NCBI GenBank assembly: GCA_963666035.2
Contig: CAXXJI010000006.1
Location: 2,819 to 66,818, forward strand
Length of the DNA stretch: 64,000 bases
Direction of reading: 5' to 3'
Source: Christensenellaceae bacterium
GTDB taxonomy: Bacteria; Bacillota; Clostridia; Christensenellales; CALMFG01
Positions 55,680-64,000 of the stretch are shown piece by piece. How positions within the stretch are numbered: the first letter of the stretch is position 1; each line of letters begins with the position of its first letter. Both the position numbers and the translations under genes were made by a program. The notes under the pieces are model-generated. The model was not told the DNA's origin. It ran no database searches and saw only the letters and a program-made list of their open reading frames with translations.

Positions 55680-56570
55680 ATGGATAATGTAAAAAGAAAC
55701 AAATGGGTGATATTTCTGCTGGTGTTTCCCGGTTTTCTCGTTTTTTTCTTTGCGGTACTCTACCCGATCTTTAAGAGCGTGTACTACGGCATGACGGATT
55801 GGAAGGGAATCGGCGAATTCACCTTTGTCGGTATGGATAATTTTATCAAAGTCTTGACAGATGATAAGGTTTTCCGCCAGTCTCTTCTGCACGCGGGTAT
55901 CTTGGCACTGATGACAGTGGGTCTTCAGCATCCGTTGGCTATGTTTTTTGCCATTGCGGTGGATAAAATCGGGAAGCGATGGGAAGCGTTCTTTCGGGCG
56001 GTTTTCTTTATCCCGTGTGTGATATCCATCGTCGTGATTGCACGCATGTGGGTAGGGCTTTTCAATGCAGAATACGGACTGATCAATCAGCTTTTGGATG
56101 TCCTGCATCTGGGGGTGTTGAAGCAGGATTGGCTGGGCAATCCGAATGTGGCACTGTATTCTATCATATTCGTCATCATGTGGGTTGGATTCGGTTATGC
56201 ATTTTTGATCTATTACTCCGGTATTAAAGGCATACCGGTGGAACTTTATGAGGCGGGTGTGATTGACGGCGCGGGCGGATGGCAGAGGTTCTGGCATATC
56301 ACTTTACCGCTTCTCAAACCTGTACTGCTGGTAAACATTACGCTGGCTATTGTTTCATCACTCAAGCAGATGGAAATAATCTATCTGATGACCAACGGCG
56401 GGCCGGGGTCTACCACACAATTTGTGGCTAATTATCTCTATGTTCAGGCGTTTAACGCCAAGAAATATGGATATGCCAATGCCATATCGGTGGTATTCGT
56501 GGTGGTCTGTCTGGTGGTAACCATTCTGCTGCAACGCGTATTTCGGACAAAAGAAGGAAGTGAGTCATGA
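55680..56570 (+). CDS. Sugar ABC permease, CUT1 (MalF/UgpA-like)
   Basis: MDNVKRNKWVIFLLVFPG is a typical N-terminus. The EAA loop is ELYEAGVIDGAGGWQRFWHITLPLLKP. An alternative TTG start at 55581 has AGGAGA 4 nt upstream. Confidence 0.8.
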   Translation: MDNVKRNKWVIFLLVFPGFLVFFFAVLYPIFKSVYYGMTDWKGIGEFTFVGMDNFIKVLTDDKVFRQSLLHAGILALMTVGLQHPLAMFFAIAVDKIGKRWEAFFRAVFFIPCVISIVVIARMWVGLFNAEYGLINQLLDVLHLGVLKQDWLGNPNVALYSIIFVIMWVGFGYAFLIYYSGIKGIPVELYEAGVIDGAGGWQRFWHITLPLLKPVLLVNITLAIVSSLKQMEIIYLMTNGGPGSTTQFVANYLYVQAFNAKKYGYANAISVVFVVVCLVVTILLQRVFRTKEGSES

Positions 56571-57445
56571 TGAAGACTAAAAATATACAACGAGCATCTA
56601 AATCGTCGAGCAACAGGGAAAAGTGCAGCTTATCAAGAATAGTCTTTATCATACTCTGCGTGGTTGTGGCGATCGGAGCCATCTTCCCGCTGATTTGGCT
56701 GATGGATTTTTCTTTGGTCAAGAGCAACGAACTGTTTAGCGGAAAACTGCTGGTTTGGCCGTCACAGCCCGAATGGAACAATTACTATCTGGCGTTGACG
56801 GACGGCAAGGTACCGCCCTATCTTTTGAATAGTATTTTAATCACGACGGTATGTGTTGGGCTGATTGTGGTGCTGTCGGTCATGATGTCCTATGCATTTA
56901 TCCGGATGCGCTGGAAGATGAGCAAATGGGTATTAAACATCGTCCTGCTTGGCATCATGGTGCCGATCCACGCGACTTTACTGCCGAACTTTCTGACGTT
57001 CCATTCACTCGGCATCACCGACACGCCGCTGGCGTTGATTATCCCATATGTGGCTTTCGGATTGCCGCAGGCGACTTTTCTGATGACGGGGTTTATGGCA
57101 TCAATACCGGTGGAGGTTGAGGAGTCCGCGCTGATCGATGGATGCGGCATCTTCAGGATTCTGTTCCGTATCGTTTTTCCGCTGATGCGTCCGGCCATTG
57201 TGACGGTGGTGGTGACGTCTTATATCAGTATATGGAATGAGTTTATCATGGCGGCAACCTATCTTAGCAGTGATACGTTCAGGACACTGCCCTTCTCGGT
57301 CTATAATTTTGCCGGGATGTATCGGTCCAATTATGCGGCGCAGTTCGCCGTGATGGTGCTGGCGGCACTGCCTTCTTTGCTGGTTTATCTGGTACTGAAT
57401 AAGCATATCACCAAGGGTATAGTTGCCGGAGCGGTCAAAGGTTAA
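56567..57445 (+). CDS. Sugar ABC permease, CUT1 (MalG/UgpE-like)
   Basis: ATGA overlap with the preceding gene. The EAA loop is VEESALIDGCGIFRILFRIVFPLMRP. Confidence 0.9.
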   Translation: MMKTKNIQRASKSSSNREKCSLSRIVFIILCVVVAIGAIFPLIWLMDFSLVKSNELFSGKLLVWPSQPEWNNYYLALTDGKVPPYLLNSILITTVCVGLIVVLSVMMSYAFIRMRWKMSKWVLNIVLLGIMVPIHATLLPNFLTFHSLGITDTPLALIIPYVAFGLPQATFLMTGFMASIPVEVEESALIDGCGIFRILFRIVFPLMRPAIVTVVVTSYISIWNEFIMAATYLSSDTFRTLPFSVYNFAGMYRSNYAAQFAVMVLAALPSLLVYLVLNKHITKGIVAGAVKG

Positions 57446-57460
57446 AAAAAGGAGCGATTT

Positions 57461-59695
57461 ATGATTGATGAAAGATATCTGGACACCGCGCTTTTGGTTG
57501 AAGAACGGACTGAAATTCTACTGGCCCAGATGACGATAGAGGAAAAAATCGGTCAGATGACGCAGATCACATGCAGCATCACGGACGAAATCTATGAAGG
57601 CAAAGAAGTTTCATTTAAGTACTATATGATGCCGGAGCCGGATATCCGGATGTGGGCGAAAGACAGGGGAGCCGGATCGTTCCTTCATATATTGGGGGAT
57701 GAAGCGGAAAAGATACAAAAGATGGCGCTGGAATCGCGTCTGGGCATTCCCGTATTGTTTGGCATCGATGCGGTTCATGGACATGGTCTGCATAACGGCG
57801 CAACCGTTTTCCCTTCACAGCTCGGCATGGCCTGCAGCTGGAACCGTGAATTGATAGAGAAAGCGGGCCGGGTGACGGCACGAGAAGTGGCCGCGGACGG
57901 GCTTCACTGGTCATTTGCGCCAGTGCTGTGTATTGGGCGCGATCTAAGGTGGGGGCGCATCGATGAGACATTCGGCGAAGATCCATATTTGATTGGTGAG
58001 TTAGGTGCGGCGATCGTCAAAGGGATGCAGGGGGATGATATCACAGACCCTGAAAGCATTCTGGCCTGCGCCAAGCATTATGTCGCATATGGGGAATCGA
58101 CCGGCGGAAGAGATTCGTATGACAGTCCGGTCAGCGACCGGACATTGAAAGCGGTGTTTTTGCCGCCATTTAAAAAAGCGGTACAGGCGGGCTGCCAGAC
58201 CATCATGGCCGGATATCAATCCATTGACGGAACACCGGTTTCCGCGAACAAGCGCGTGCTGAAGGGAATCCTTCGGGATGAACTGGATTTCCAAGGATTT
58301 GTTGTGACGGATTGGAACAATACCGGAAGTCTCATCAACAATCAGCATGTAGCGGCCAATATCGATGAAGCGGGCCGAACAGCGGTGAGCGCGGGTAATG
58401 ATATGATTATGAATACGCCGGAATTTTTTGAATCGGCGGTTAAGCAGGTAAAATCGGGCAAGATTCCGATGGATGAGATTGATGAAGCGGTGCGCAGTAT
58501 TTTAAGTGTCAAGATTCGCATGGGCCTTTTTGAAAGAGCGAAAGATACGCGTGCGGAGGTAGTGACGGACATTTTTGCGTGTCCGGCACATATGGACACC
58601 AACCTTCAGCTGACCCGTGAATCGATTGTGCTTTTGGAGAATCGAGGAAACACACTGCCGATTGGTGCATCTGTCAGGCGCATTGCAGTCATCGGGCCGA
58701 ATGCGGATGATATTCGGGCACAATACGGGGACTGGACATTTTTTTCCCATCCTTTCCCGGACGATCATGTGGCGGCAGAACGGCCTTACGAAACCATGCT
58801 TGAAGGGATTCGCGATGCGGCAACGCGGCATGGTGCGGACGTGGTCTATCACCGCGGATGCGATATCATGAATCGCGCAGATGAGCAGATTGAAGCAGCG
58901 GTTCAAGCGGCATCGCAGGCCGATATGATCATCGCCGTTGTGGGGGACTGTCTCCGGCAAAACGGGGAGTTTAAGGATCGGGCGGATTTATCTCTTTCCG
59001 GGGCGCAGCAGGATTTATTACAGTCGCTTAAAGCGCTGGGCAAGCCTTTGGTGGTTGTGCTGGTGAACGGAAAACCGCTGACGATTCCATGGATAGCCGA
59101 AAACGCGGATGCGGTGATTGAAACCTTTAATTCAGGCATGATGGGCGGGAAAGCTGTGGGTGAGATTCTGTTTGGGGAAACAAACCCCAGCGGGAAACTG
59201 CCGATATCCTTCCCGCATCATGTGGGTCAGCTGCCCGTCTACTACAACCAGCTGCCCGGCTGGCACGGGGGTAAATATATGGATATGCCGATAGACCCGC
59301 TCTATACGTTTGGTTACGGGCTGTCCTATTCGACGTTCCGATACAGTGACCTGCAGCTCTCCGAAAAGAATCTGAAAGCGACGGATGTACTCGGCGTCAG
59401 TGTAACGGTCGAAAACATGAGTGACAGGGATGGATATGAAATCGTCCAGCTATATTTTGGTGATTTGGTCAGTTCGGTGGTTCGTCCGGTGAAACAGCTG
59501 GCGGGCTTCGAAAAAGTATGGGTACGCGCTCGCGAAACAAAGATCGTTTCTTTCAGCCTGCCCGTGTCGGAGTTTGCGTATCCTGACAGCGCGGGAGAAT
59601 CGCGCGTAGAATCTGGCACATTTACGATATCGGTCGGGCCGGATGCCAGGGATAGCGCTTTGCTGACCGAAGCGTTTATTGTGATTAGTGAATAA
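57461..59695 (+). CDS. Glycoside hydrolase family 3 beta-glucosidase, cytoplasmic
   Basis: 744 aa with no signal peptide. TIEEKIGQM, the nucleophile motif GFVVTDWN, and a C-terminal FnIII-like domain (VQLYFGD..RPVKQLAGFEKV). Confidence 0.9.
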   Translation: MIDERYLDTALLVEERTEILLAQMTIEEKIGQMTQITCSITDEIYEGKEVSFKYYMMPEPDIRMWAKDRGAGSFLHILGDEAEKIQKMALESRLGIPVLFGIDAVHGHGLHNGATVFPSQLGMACSWNRELIEKAGRVTAREVAADGLHWSFAPVLCIGRDLRWGRIDETFGEDPYLIGELGAAIVKGMQGDDITDPESILACAKHYVAYGESTGGRDSYDSPVSDRTLKAVFLPPFKKAVQAGCQTIMAGYQSIDGTPVSANKRVLKGILRDELDFQGFVVTDWNNTGSLINNQHVAANIDEAGRTAVSAGNDMIMNTPEFFESAVKQVKSGKIPMDEIDEAVRSILSVKIRMGLFERAKDTRAEVVTDIFACPAHMDTNLQLTRESIVLLENRGNTLPIGASVRRIAVIGPNADDIRAQYGDWTFFSHPFPDDHVAAERPYETMLEGIRDAATRHGADVVYHRGCDIMNRADEQIEAAVQAASQADMIIAVVGDCLRQNGEFKDRADLSLSGAQQDLLQSLKALGKPLVVVLVNGKPLTIPWIAENADAVIETFNSGMMGGKAVGEILFGETNPSGKLPISFPHHVGQLPVYYNQLPGWHGGKYMDMPIDPLYTFGYGLSYSTFRYSDLQLSEKNLKATDVLGVSVTVENMSDRDGYEIVQLYFGDLVSSVVRPVKQLAGFEKVWVRARETKIVSFSLPVSEFAYPDSAGESRVESGTFTISVGPDARDSALLTEAFIVISE

Positions 59696-59731
59696 TTATC
59701 GATTATGATTTTAAATATGGAGGTTATATAT

Positions 59732-60949
59732 ATGAGCAGAAATTTAGAGATTCCCGCAAGGAGCCGTCAGGCGATTCCCGATCTTTTGGATATTTCGGGT
59801 GGCTATACGCATACATTGGATGAAAATTGGTTGGGAGAATCGGGAGTTAATTTTGAGAAAATTGAGCGCGGTGTGATTGCCTATGCAAAATCGGCGTTTG
59901 ATATCCGTGGACTGATACAGCTAAAAGGCGGCAAAGTGGACGGTCCCGAAAAGGTTCAGATTCCAGTCGGTCTTTCCGGAAGAAAAGTCCATCTGCTGCA
60001 CGGTGTATATGGCGTGCTTCCTGTGGATACTTCGGCCGCGGTATATGTACTGCGGTATATTGATGGAGAAACACGGGAGATAAATATGATCTATGGCCGC
60101 AATGTGATCGACACCATGGGCAGTGATTTATCTCCGCTGACGGATGGTGAGGTGATTGCACTGGATGAAAATAGTGCGGGTCGTGGTATGGTGCTGGTAC
60201 GGTGCGTATTCAATAACCCACGGCCGGAAACCGAAATTGAATCGATCGATTTTGTTTCGAAAAATACTGAAGCTGCGCCGTTCCTTATTGGGGCAACGTT
60301 GGAACGCAATGATCCGGTGTATGAATGGTTTGATCGTGTCAGCATCGGGTTTTATAACCCCATCCTCCCACGAAGTCCACTGGCGACACCGGATATGGTG
60401 GATTTGACCGGCTTTTACAGTGCGTCACTGGACGATGATTGGTTTCACCATTCCAGCCATGATTTGCATGATGTCCCCAAAGGGGTTCCCCATATGGCGG
60501 ATACGATGTTTGATGTACGCGGATTGATCGTGATTGCGGGTTCGCGATCGCTTGAGATCACGGGGCTGGCACTGCCCGAAGCGGTGCGGAATATTCCGGT
60601 TAACCGTAAAGGGTCCAAGGTACATTTTCTGCATGCCTGTGGATTTGCGTCCGATCGGGGCGCAAAGATTGGTGAATATGTGATGCATTATGCCGACGGA
60701 ACCACCGCCACCGCACCCATCATCTATGGCGTTAATATCATTGACTGGTGGGAAAGCGATATTGTCTCAGATGCCCGTGTGGCCTGGGTTGGTTCGCATG
60801 CCGCGGCACGTGAGTTTGGAAAGCAAACGCATCTGATTAAGTACACTTGGGAAAACCCGATGCCGGATAAGGAAATTGTATCCTTCGACTTTGTCACGGC
60901 GCTGGAGCCATCGGCACCGTTTTTGGTAGCCGTTACTTTGGAGGCATAG
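59732..60949 (+). CDS. Uncharacterised cytoplasmic protein built from two tandem copies of a ~180-aa domain
   Basis: Start 9 nt after GGAGG. Repeat 1 is at nt 59774-60304 and repeat 2 at nt 60386-60943. Shared blocks are FD(I/V)RGLI, KVH(L/F)LH, Y(V/A)..Y.DG, IYG.N.ID, the EI.S.DFV block (EIESIDFV / EIVSFDFV) and APFL...TLE. Confidence 0.7.
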   Translation: MSRNLEIPARSRQAIPDLLDISGGYTHTLDENWLGESGVNFEKIERGVIAYAKSAFDIRGLIQLKGGKVDGPEKVQIPVGLSGRKVHLLHGVYGVLPVDTSAAVYVLRYIDGETREINMIYGRNVIDTMGSDLSPLTDGEVIALDENSAGRGMVLVRCVFNNPRPETEIESIDFVSKNTEAAPFLIGATLERNDPVYEWFDRVSIGFYNPILPRSPLATPDMVDLTGFYSASLDDDWFHHSSHDLHDVPKGVPHMADTMFDVRGLIVIAGSRSLEITGLALPEAVRNIPVNRKGSKVHFLHACGFASDRGAKIGEYVMHYADGTTATAPIIYGVNIIDWWESDIVSDARVAWVGSHAAAREFGKQTHLIKYTWENPMPDKEIVSFDFVTALEPSAPFLVAVTLEA

Positions 60950-60974
60950 AGCAGACATAATTGGATTATAGAGA

Positions 60975-61008
60975 AAAGCGCTTGATGATACCATCAGGCG
61001 CTTTTTTG
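60975..61008 (+). terminator. Rho-independent terminator
   Basis: agcgcttgatg / catcaggcgct stem (one G-U pair) followed by T6. Confidence 0.7.
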
Positions 61009-61303
61009 TATGCGCTCGGATGGTAGAAAACATACTATTTGAGACGACAGTCACGATCAAAAATTCGTTTTTTATGGAGGAACATCTTGTACACCATGAA
61101 GTATAAGATTTAACTCAGGCAGTGATCGTGACGATGAAAAAGCAGATGGAACCGTATAAGTTATGGTATATCATGAGAAAAAGACAGTGTTTTATAGGAT
61201 ATGGTCTTGGGTATATCAGTAAAGACACAGTGTATATAATATGGGCAGAAAATGGTGAATAATTTTCTTTCCTGAACACAATTATAGGCAATAAAGACCA
61301 TCC

Positions 61304-61332
61304 TTGTCCATTATCGGCATCAAGAATATACT
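61304..61332 (+). promoter_or_regulatory. Candidate sigma-A promoter (TTGTCC-17-TATACT) for the GH94 gene
   Basis: Hexamers at 61304-61309 and 61327-61332, 40 nt upstream of the ATG. Confidence 0.4.
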
Positions 61333-61371
61333 ATATAATCAAGGTAAATGAAGAATAAAGGAGCATCAGCG

Positions 61372-63771
61372 ATGCGATTTGGTTTTTTTGATATAGAAAA
61401 CCGGGAATATGTGATCGAAAACGTTGCTTTGCCGGTCTCCTGGACCAATTATATTGGAACAGGGGATATGTGCGGGGTGTTTAACCATACGGCGGGGGGA
61501 TATGTTTTCTACAAGTCTCCGGAATACCACCGCATTACCCGCTTTCGCCCCAATGGTGTGCCGATGGACGGCCCGGGGCATTATGTTTATTTGCGGGATG
61601 ACGAAAGCGGCGATTATTGGAGCATTTCGTGGCAGCCGGCGGGCAAACCCAGAGCGCATTATTCCTGCCGCCATGGATTTTCGTACAGCAAGTATCTGTG
61701 CGATTATAGCGGCATTCAGGCTGAACAGACTTTGTTTGTGGCACCGGATGATCCGGTGGAGATTTGGGATGTTCGCATGACGAACACTGGAGATAAAAAC
61801 AGAACGATCAGCGTCTATTCGTATTTGGAGTTTTCGTTTCATCACATTGATATGGATAACCGTAATTTTCAGATGAGCTTGTATGCGGCGGGGTCGCGAT
61901 ACGATTCAGGCGTGATTGAACACGATTTATTTTATGAGGAAGACGGGTATCAGTTTTTTACGGCTGACTTTGAATCGGATGGGTTTGACTGTCTGCGGGA
62001 TACCTTTATCGGCGGCTACCGCACCGAGAAGAATCCGAAGACTGTGGAAGAAGGCATCTGTCAAAACAGCTTTGGAACAACCGGCAATCACTGCGGCTGT
62101 CTGCAAAAAAAGCTGACGATTGCACCGGGCGAGACCTTGCGCTTGATTTATCTGTTGGGCGAAGGCGGCATCGAAGCGGGCAAAACGATGCGAAAGAAAT
62201 ACGCAAGTCCAGCTTCTGTGGACGAGCAGTTTGCCAAGCTTAAATGCTTTTGGGACGACAAGTGTCAAAAGCTTCAGATTGATACGCCAAACAAAGGACT
62301 GAATGCGCTGACCAATCAGTGGACATTGTACCAGAGCGAAATCAATGTGATGTTTTCGCGGTTTTCTTCGTTTATCGAAGTGGGCGGAAGAACGGGTCTT
62401 GGCTATCGGGACACCGCGCAGGATGCCATGTGTATACCGCATTCCAACCCGGATAAATGCCGACAGCGTATTAAAGAACTCTTAAATGCGCTCACACAGG
62501 CGGGTTATGGCCTGCACCTGTTTGAACCGCGCTGGTTTGAAAAAAATACGGACAAAAAACCGTTTAAATCTCCGACCGTGATACCAACGCCGGAAGCGGG
62601 AAGCTTTATCCATGACCTTGAAGACGCGTGTGCGGATGACGCCCTGTGGCTGGTTGGCGCGATTGTGAAATACATCAAGGAAACCGGCGAAACCGCTTGG
62701 GCGGATGCCGAGATGCCTTACGCGGACGGCGGCACGGCCAGTGTGTATGAACATATGAAGCGGATTTTGGACTTTTCGTCGCGTGAAGTAGGACAAAACG
62801 GCATTTGTAAAGGTTTGCGGGCCGATTGGAACGACTGCTTAAATCTAGGCGGCGGCGAGAGTGCTATGGTCAGCTTCCTGCATCATTGGGCATTGCTGCA
62901 GTTTATCGAACTCGCCGAGTATCTTGGAAGAGACGAGGATGCTGCCGGCTATCGACAGATGGCGGCGCGCGTCAAGCAAACGAGTGAAGACGTTTTATGG
63001 GATGGTGAATGGTACCTGCGCGGCATCACCGGAGACGGGCGAAAAATTGGGACGCATACGGACACCGAAGGGAAAGTGCATCTGGAAAGCAATACATGGG
63101 CTGTGCTGTCCGGCGTGGCTTCCAAAGAACGCGGCGAAAAAGCGCTGGCGGCTGTCAAGGAATATCTTTTAACGCCTTACGGATTGATGCTGAATGCACC
63201 GCCGTATACCAAACAGGATGACGGCATTGGGTTTGTTACGCGGGTGTATCCCGGGGTAAAGGAAAACGGAGCGGTTTTCTCACATCCAAATCCTTGGGCC
63301 TGGGCGGCGGCATGTATGCTGGGTGCGGGCGATGACGCGATGGCGTTTTATGATGCAATCTGCCCTTATAACCAAAATGACATGATTGAGATACGGCAGT
63401 CTGAACCCTACTCGTATTGTCAGTTTGTCTATGGCTCGGCGCACGAGTATTATGGACGGGCTCGGCATCCGTTTATGACCGGCTCCGCCGGATGGGCGTA
63501 CTTTGCTTCCACACAGTATATCCTGGGAATAAAACCGGGGTTTGATGAATTGGTAGTGGACCCCTGTATTCCGAAAAACTGGGAAGGGTTTCATGTTTTA
63601 AGGCAGTGGCAGGGAGCGGTGTACGATATCACGGTCAAAAACCCGGAGCATGTATCATCGGGTGTAAAGAAGATGACCGTGGATGGCCAGCCGGCTGAAA
63701 AAATATCACGAGTGCCACAAGGCAAGACTTGCCGGATAGAAGTTATATTAGGAGAAAAAAGTGATGATTAA
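61372..63771 (+). CDS. GH94 disaccharide phosphorylase (cellobiose-phosphorylase type)
   Basis: MRFGFFDIENREYVI..NHTAGGYVFY..RITRFRPNGVP is colinear with the N-termini of cellobiose phosphorylases. The catalytic block RADWNDCLNLGG is present. Start 8 nt after AAGGAG. About 800 aa. Confidence 0.85.
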   Translation: MRFGFFDIENREYVIENVALPVSWTNYIGTGDMCGVFNHTAGGYVFYKSPEYHRITRFRPNGVPMDGPGHYVYLRDDESGDYWSISWQPAGKPRAHYSCRHGFSYSKYLCDYSGIQAEQTLFVAPDDPVEIWDVRMTNTGDKNRTISVYSYLEFSFHHIDMDNRNFQMSLYAAGSRYDSGVIEHDLFYEEDGYQFFTADFESDGFDCLRDTFIGGYRTEKNPKTVEEGICQNSFGTTGNHCGCLQKKLTIAPGETLRLIYLLGEGGIEAGKTMRKKYASPASVDEQFAKLKCFWDDKCQKLQIDTPNKGLNALTNQWTLYQSEINVMFSRFSSFIEVGGRTGLGYRDTAQDAMCIPHSNPDKCRQRIKELLNALTQAGYGLHLFEPRWFEKNTDKKPFKSPTVIPTPEAGSFIHDLEDACADDALWLVGAIVKYIKETGETAWADAEMPYADGGTASVYEHMKRILDFSSREVGQNGICKGLRADWNDCLNLGGGESAMVSFLHHWALLQFIELAEYLGRDEDAAGYRQMAARVKQTSEDVLWDGEWYLRGITGDGRKIGTHTDTEGKVHLESNTWAVLSGVASKERGEKALAAVKEYLLTPYGLMLNAPPYTKQDDGIGFVTRVYPGVKENGAVFSHPNPWAWAAACMLGAGDDAMAFYDAICPYNQNDMIEIRQSEPYSYCQFVYGSAHEYYGRARHPFMTGSAGWAYFASTQYILGIKPGFDELVVDPCIPKNWEGFHVLRQWQGAVYDITVKNPEHVSSGVKKMTVDGQPAEKISRVPQGKTCRIEVILGEKSDD

Positions 63772-64000
63772 GTTTGGAACCGGCGGATGGCGCGCAATTA
63801 TTGGAGATGAATTCACCAAGCACAATGTGCAATTATTAACGGCGGCGCTATGCGAAAAGATGAAAAATGATGGACAGGCGGATAAAGGCATCTGTATCGG
63901 ATATGACCGCCGCTTCCTTTCAAAAGAAGCGGCACAGTGGACGGCAGAGGTCTGTGCCGGCGCAAAAGTGCCCTGCATGCTGCTGGATAGAGAAGCCCCG
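63764..64000 (+). CDS. Alpha-D-phosphohexomutase (phosphoglucomutase/phosphomannomutase family), N-terminal fragment running off the window
   Basis: MIKFGTGGWRAIIGDEFT..GICIGYDRRFLS is the typical PGM_PMM_I N-terminus. The start overlaps the GH94 stop by 8 nt. Confidence 0.75.
   Translation, partial: MIKFGTGGWRAIIGDEFTKHNVQLLTAALCEKMKNDGQADKGICIGYDRRFLSKEAAQWTAEVCAGAKVPCMLLDREAP

Noticed and set aside
61050-61132. A 10-bp perfect inverted repeat (gtcacgatca / tgatcgtgac) separated by 63 nt in the GH94 leader. It encloses a 10-codon mini-ORF (MEEHLVHHEV).
   Set aside because: A 10-bp inverted repeat within 100 nt is expected several times by chance in 64 kb. The mini-ORF has no RBS spacing that convinces me. 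I recorded only the gtacaccat core shared with the duplicated cassette, under that finding.
1-64000. A scan for CRISPR repeats, IS or transposase ends, integrases, tRNA/rRNA genes, toxin-antitoxin pairs and known defence-system genes.
   Set aside because: I saw no regularly spaced direct repeats, no long terminal inverted repeats and no ORF with recombinase, nuclease or ATPase defence signatures. The window appears to be purely catabolic and regulatory.

Overview
The 64 kb window is a densely packed stretch of carbohydrate and accessory catabolism, about 48% GC. Strong GGAGG-type ribosome-binding sites, frequent TTG/GTG starts, Gram-positive lipoboxes and a YesM/YesN-type two-component system suggest a Clostridia-class Firmicute (inference). 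I saw no rRNA, tRNA, CRISPR array, transposase, integrase, phage gene or recognisable defence gene, so any novelty here is metabolic or regulatory.

Contents from left to right:
1. The 3' part of a BlaR1/M56-type sensor, then lipoate-protein ligase.
2. An orphan sugar locus (4.1-20.5 kb) resembling the uncharacterised E. coli sgc operon. It carries an SgcQ/BtpA-like protein, an SgcX-like M42 peptidase, a DeoR regulator, a sugar-phosphate epimerase/isomerase, a class II aldolase, an FGGY kinase, two Gfo/Idh/MocA oxidoreductases and two HAD phosphatases. It is joined to a duplicated NitT/TauT-type ABC importer with an embedded M20 deacylase.
3. A SurA-like lipoprotein, a cupin, a kinase and a flavin reductase, followed by xpt.
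4. An L-fucose locus (25.3-40.3 kb) with an unusual LacI-plus-solute-binding-domain regulator, a CUT2 ABC importer, fucU, fucI, two kinases, a Zn-ADH, and AKR and GatZ-like genes that each carry frameshifts.
5. A DeoR-controlled operon (40.8-50.2 kb) encoding a complete lipoamide E2-E3-fused E1 complex together with SorE-like and SrlD-like dehydrogenases and a PHP phosphoesterase. This is my best candidate for an undescribed pathway.
6. A beta-glucoside locus (50.3-64 kb) with YesM/YesN, a CUT1 ABC importer, a cytoplasmic GH3, a tandem-repeat protein of unknown function, a GH94 phosphorylase and a phosphohexomutase.

All functional calls rest on motif recognition by eye and remembered family signatures. 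No database search was run.
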